Assembly (NCBI GenBank): GCA_046733875.1
Contig: JBKPQB010000028.1
Span: 42,870-106,869 of the forward strand
Source: Acidobacteriota bacterium
GTDB taxonomy: Bacteria > Acidobacteriota > Vicinamibacteria > Vicinamibacterales > 2-12-FULL-66-21
DNA length: 64,000 nt
Direction of reading: 5' to 3'
Shown here in pieces: positions 62,680 to 64,000 of the stretch (its first letter is position 1; every line of letters begins with the position of its first letter). The position numbers and the translations under genes were made by a program. The notes below the pieces were generated by a model. That model had not been told where the DNA came from. It saw nothing but the letters and a program-made list of their open reading frames with translations, and searched no databases.

Positions 62680-64000
62680 CTAGTCTTCCTGACGACGCCT
62701 TTCCTGCGGCAATGCCCCCGGCTGCGTGGCTTTGAGGAACGCGAGCAGGTCCGCGAGCTCCTGACGCGACAATTGATCCGCGAGCCCCGGCGGCATGATC
62801 GATACGGTGCCCGGTTGCATGTCGGCGATGTCGCCTCGTGGAATGCGAGTCTCCGCGCCTGCGCCGGAGACCAGCACGATTGCGTCCGAGAGCTCGCTGC
62901 GGACAATGCCCGTCTGGACCTCGCCGGATTGCTGCGTGACGACGACCGGCTCGTAGCCGCGGGCGAAGCTGGCGCTCGGGAAGAGGATCGCTTCGAGCAG
63001 ATCACGCTCGCTGCGCACCTGGCCGATTCGCGTGAGGTCCGGTCCGATCTTCCCTCCCAGATACCCGATGCTATGGCAGGCGATACACGCGACCTTCGGG
63101 CTGTTGAACACCGCCTGGCCGCTGCGAATGTCGCCTCCTCTGCTCGTCGCGAGAATCTCATCCAGCTGCCGCGCCTGCCTGGCTGAGTCGATATTGACCG
63201 AGGCGAGCAGGGCTTCTCCTCTCTTCTGCACGGACTCAGGATAGTTCGCCAGCCGCGGACGCAAAATGTCGCCCCGAAGACCCGATCGCCCGTTCGACCG
63301 CTCGAGCGCGGCCAGCATCTCGAAGCCAAGCGCCTCGTCGCTCCCGCGATCGAACGCGGGCAGAAGGCGCGGCAGCTCCAGCGGACCGGCGCGCTCCAGC
63401 GATTGTGTCAACCCGACCAGCTGTTCGCGCCCCAGCCGTGCCTTCTCGAGAACGCCGGCTGCCGCTACGCGAACGCCGACGGGCTGTGTCGGCTCGAGGC
63501 TCGTCCGCAGCAGATCGAACAGATCGGGATCGACGCTCGTCAGCCCGCCCGGCACCGCGCCGAGTGCATCGAGCCGAACGTCGAGCGGCAGCGCGGCATT
63601 GCGCGCGACGCGCAGCAGTGTCGTCTGCATCGCGAGAACAGCGTCCTTCGAGGGAGGCGCAGCGCGAGCGACCAAGAGCGCAAGACGGGTCATGTCGAGA
63701 TCGCGGCCGGCAAGAGCCTCTATCACCGACGGAATCCACGAGGACGGCAGCTCCTTCGCACGCGTCCTCGCCATCGCGCGGAGCGCGATCTCACGATCGC
63801 CTTTCGCCGCCGGCCGTTCGGCAATCGCTGCCAGCAGCTCCTGAATCGCGGTGCTGTCCGCGAATTCGATGAGCTTTTGCTGCAGATCGTCGCGGGCTGT
63901 GGCACTGAGATCCTTCTCCGCGAGGTGCGTCTGGAAAAAATCCGCGAGCGAGCTGCCCCATTCCCGCCGATGGCCGACAATCCACCACGCCGTCTCGCGC
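62680..64000 (-). CDS. C-terminal part of a large HEAT-repeat protein with a PVC-type haem-binding CxxCH domain; N-terminus lies beyond the right edge
   Basis: The cytochrome c domain is GQAVFNSPKVACIACHSIGYLGGKIGPDLTRIG...LLEAILFPSASFARGYE...SIMPPGLADQLSRQELADLLAFL. The track gives an ATG at 63774. My translation of the same frame stays open up to 63999 (RETAWWIVGHRREWGSSLADFFQTHLAEKDLSATARDDLQQKLIEF...), so the gene is partial. Confidence 0.75.
   Translation of the reverse strand, partial: RETAWWIVGHRREWGSSLADFFQTHLAEKDLSATARDDLQQKLIEFADSTAIQELLAAIAERPAAKGDREIALRAMARTRAKELPSSWIPSVIEALAGRDLDMTRLALLVARAAPPSKDAVLAMQTTLLRVARNAALPLDVRLDALGAVPGGLTSVDPDLFDLLRTSLEPTQPVGVRVAAAGVLEKARLGREQLVGLTQSLERAGPLELPRLLPAFDRGSDEALGFEMLAALERSNGRSGLRGDILRPRLANYPESVQKRGEALLASVNIDSARQARQLDEILATSRGGDIRSGQAVFNSPKVACIACHSIGYLGGKIGPDLTRIGQVRSERDLLEAILFPSASFARGYEPVVVTQQSGEVQTGIVRSELSDAIVLVSGAGAETRIPRGDIADMQPGTVSIMPPGLADQLSRQELADLLAFLKATQPGALPQERRRQED

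Noticed and set aside
62680-63774. Track ORF 62680..63774 is presented as a complete 364-aa gene.
   Set aside because: The same frame remains open upstream to the window edge with HEAT-like sequence, so the ATG at 63774 is internal. I annotated it as a partial gene running to 64000.
1-64000. I searched by eye for tRNA, rRNA, transposase, integrase, phage or toxin-antitoxin genes, and for long repeats flanking the lanM locus that would indicate a mobile island.
   Set aside because: I found none. Intergenic regions are short and lack tRNA-like T-arm sequences (GGTTCGAATCC-like), and no DDE, tyrosine-recombinase or serine-recombinase motifs were seen. Without computation I cannot exclude small ncRNAs or subtle compositional shifts.

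Overview
This is a GC-rich chromosomal segment, roughly two-thirds G+C by eye. I infer it comes from an Acidobacteriota-like soil bacterium. The supporting markers are a PadR regulator next to an ADOP-type duplicated FtsX permease, a CarboxypepD_reg-type TonB-dependent receptor, a PEP-CTERM protein, and Ser/Thr kinase-TolB propeller fusions. I call about 47 protein-coding genes or pseudogenes. I recognised no rRNA, tRNA, CRISPR array, transposase or integrase. Many long ORFs in the track are antisense shadow ORFs, or 5' extensions typical of high-GC DNA, and I trimmed or rejected them. Main blocks: (1) 1-4.9 kb holds a type III PKS (partial), a redoxin-like gene, and a glycogen-debranching-like enzyme with a GT4 glycosyltransferase. 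(2) 5-12.4 kb holds a di-haem cytochrome c, a PLD/cardiolipin synthase, a Cu(I) P1B-ATPase, a methyltransferase and a GAF/RsbW-like kinase. (3) 13.0-25.5 kb is a tightly coupled 10-gene chemosensory operon: cheY-cheA-cheW-soluble MCP-PAS/HEAT protein-cheR-cheB-cheY-like-cheC-hybrid kinase. It looks like a non-motility, Che7-type pathway. (4) 25.5-37.9 kb holds mixed housekeeping and accessory genes, including three decayed genes: a kinase remnant (at 12.5 kb), a BBE-type oxidase with one in-frame amber codon, and an AraC remnant. (5) 38-47.8 kb is an operon of a TonB-dependent receptor, three secreted TPR proteins and a CRTAC1/ASPIC-UnbV protein. (6) 47.9-55.6 kb holds an amine oxidase, a Ser/Thr kinase, a vanadium-haloperoxidase/PAP2-like enzyme, a minimal EmbR-like wHTH-FHA regulator, an alpha/alpha-toroid protein and a small membrane protein. 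(7) 55.6-62.0 kb is the most unusual locus. It carries a class II lanthipeptide synthetase (LanM) whose only visible candidate substrate is a 369-aa protein. That protein ends in a glycine-rich linker and a 63-residue tail with 9 Cys and 15 Ser/Thr. The operon continues into a 666-aa ankyrin-repeat protein and has no transporter or protease. All functional calls rest on motif recognition by eye in the translated ORFs. No database search was run.
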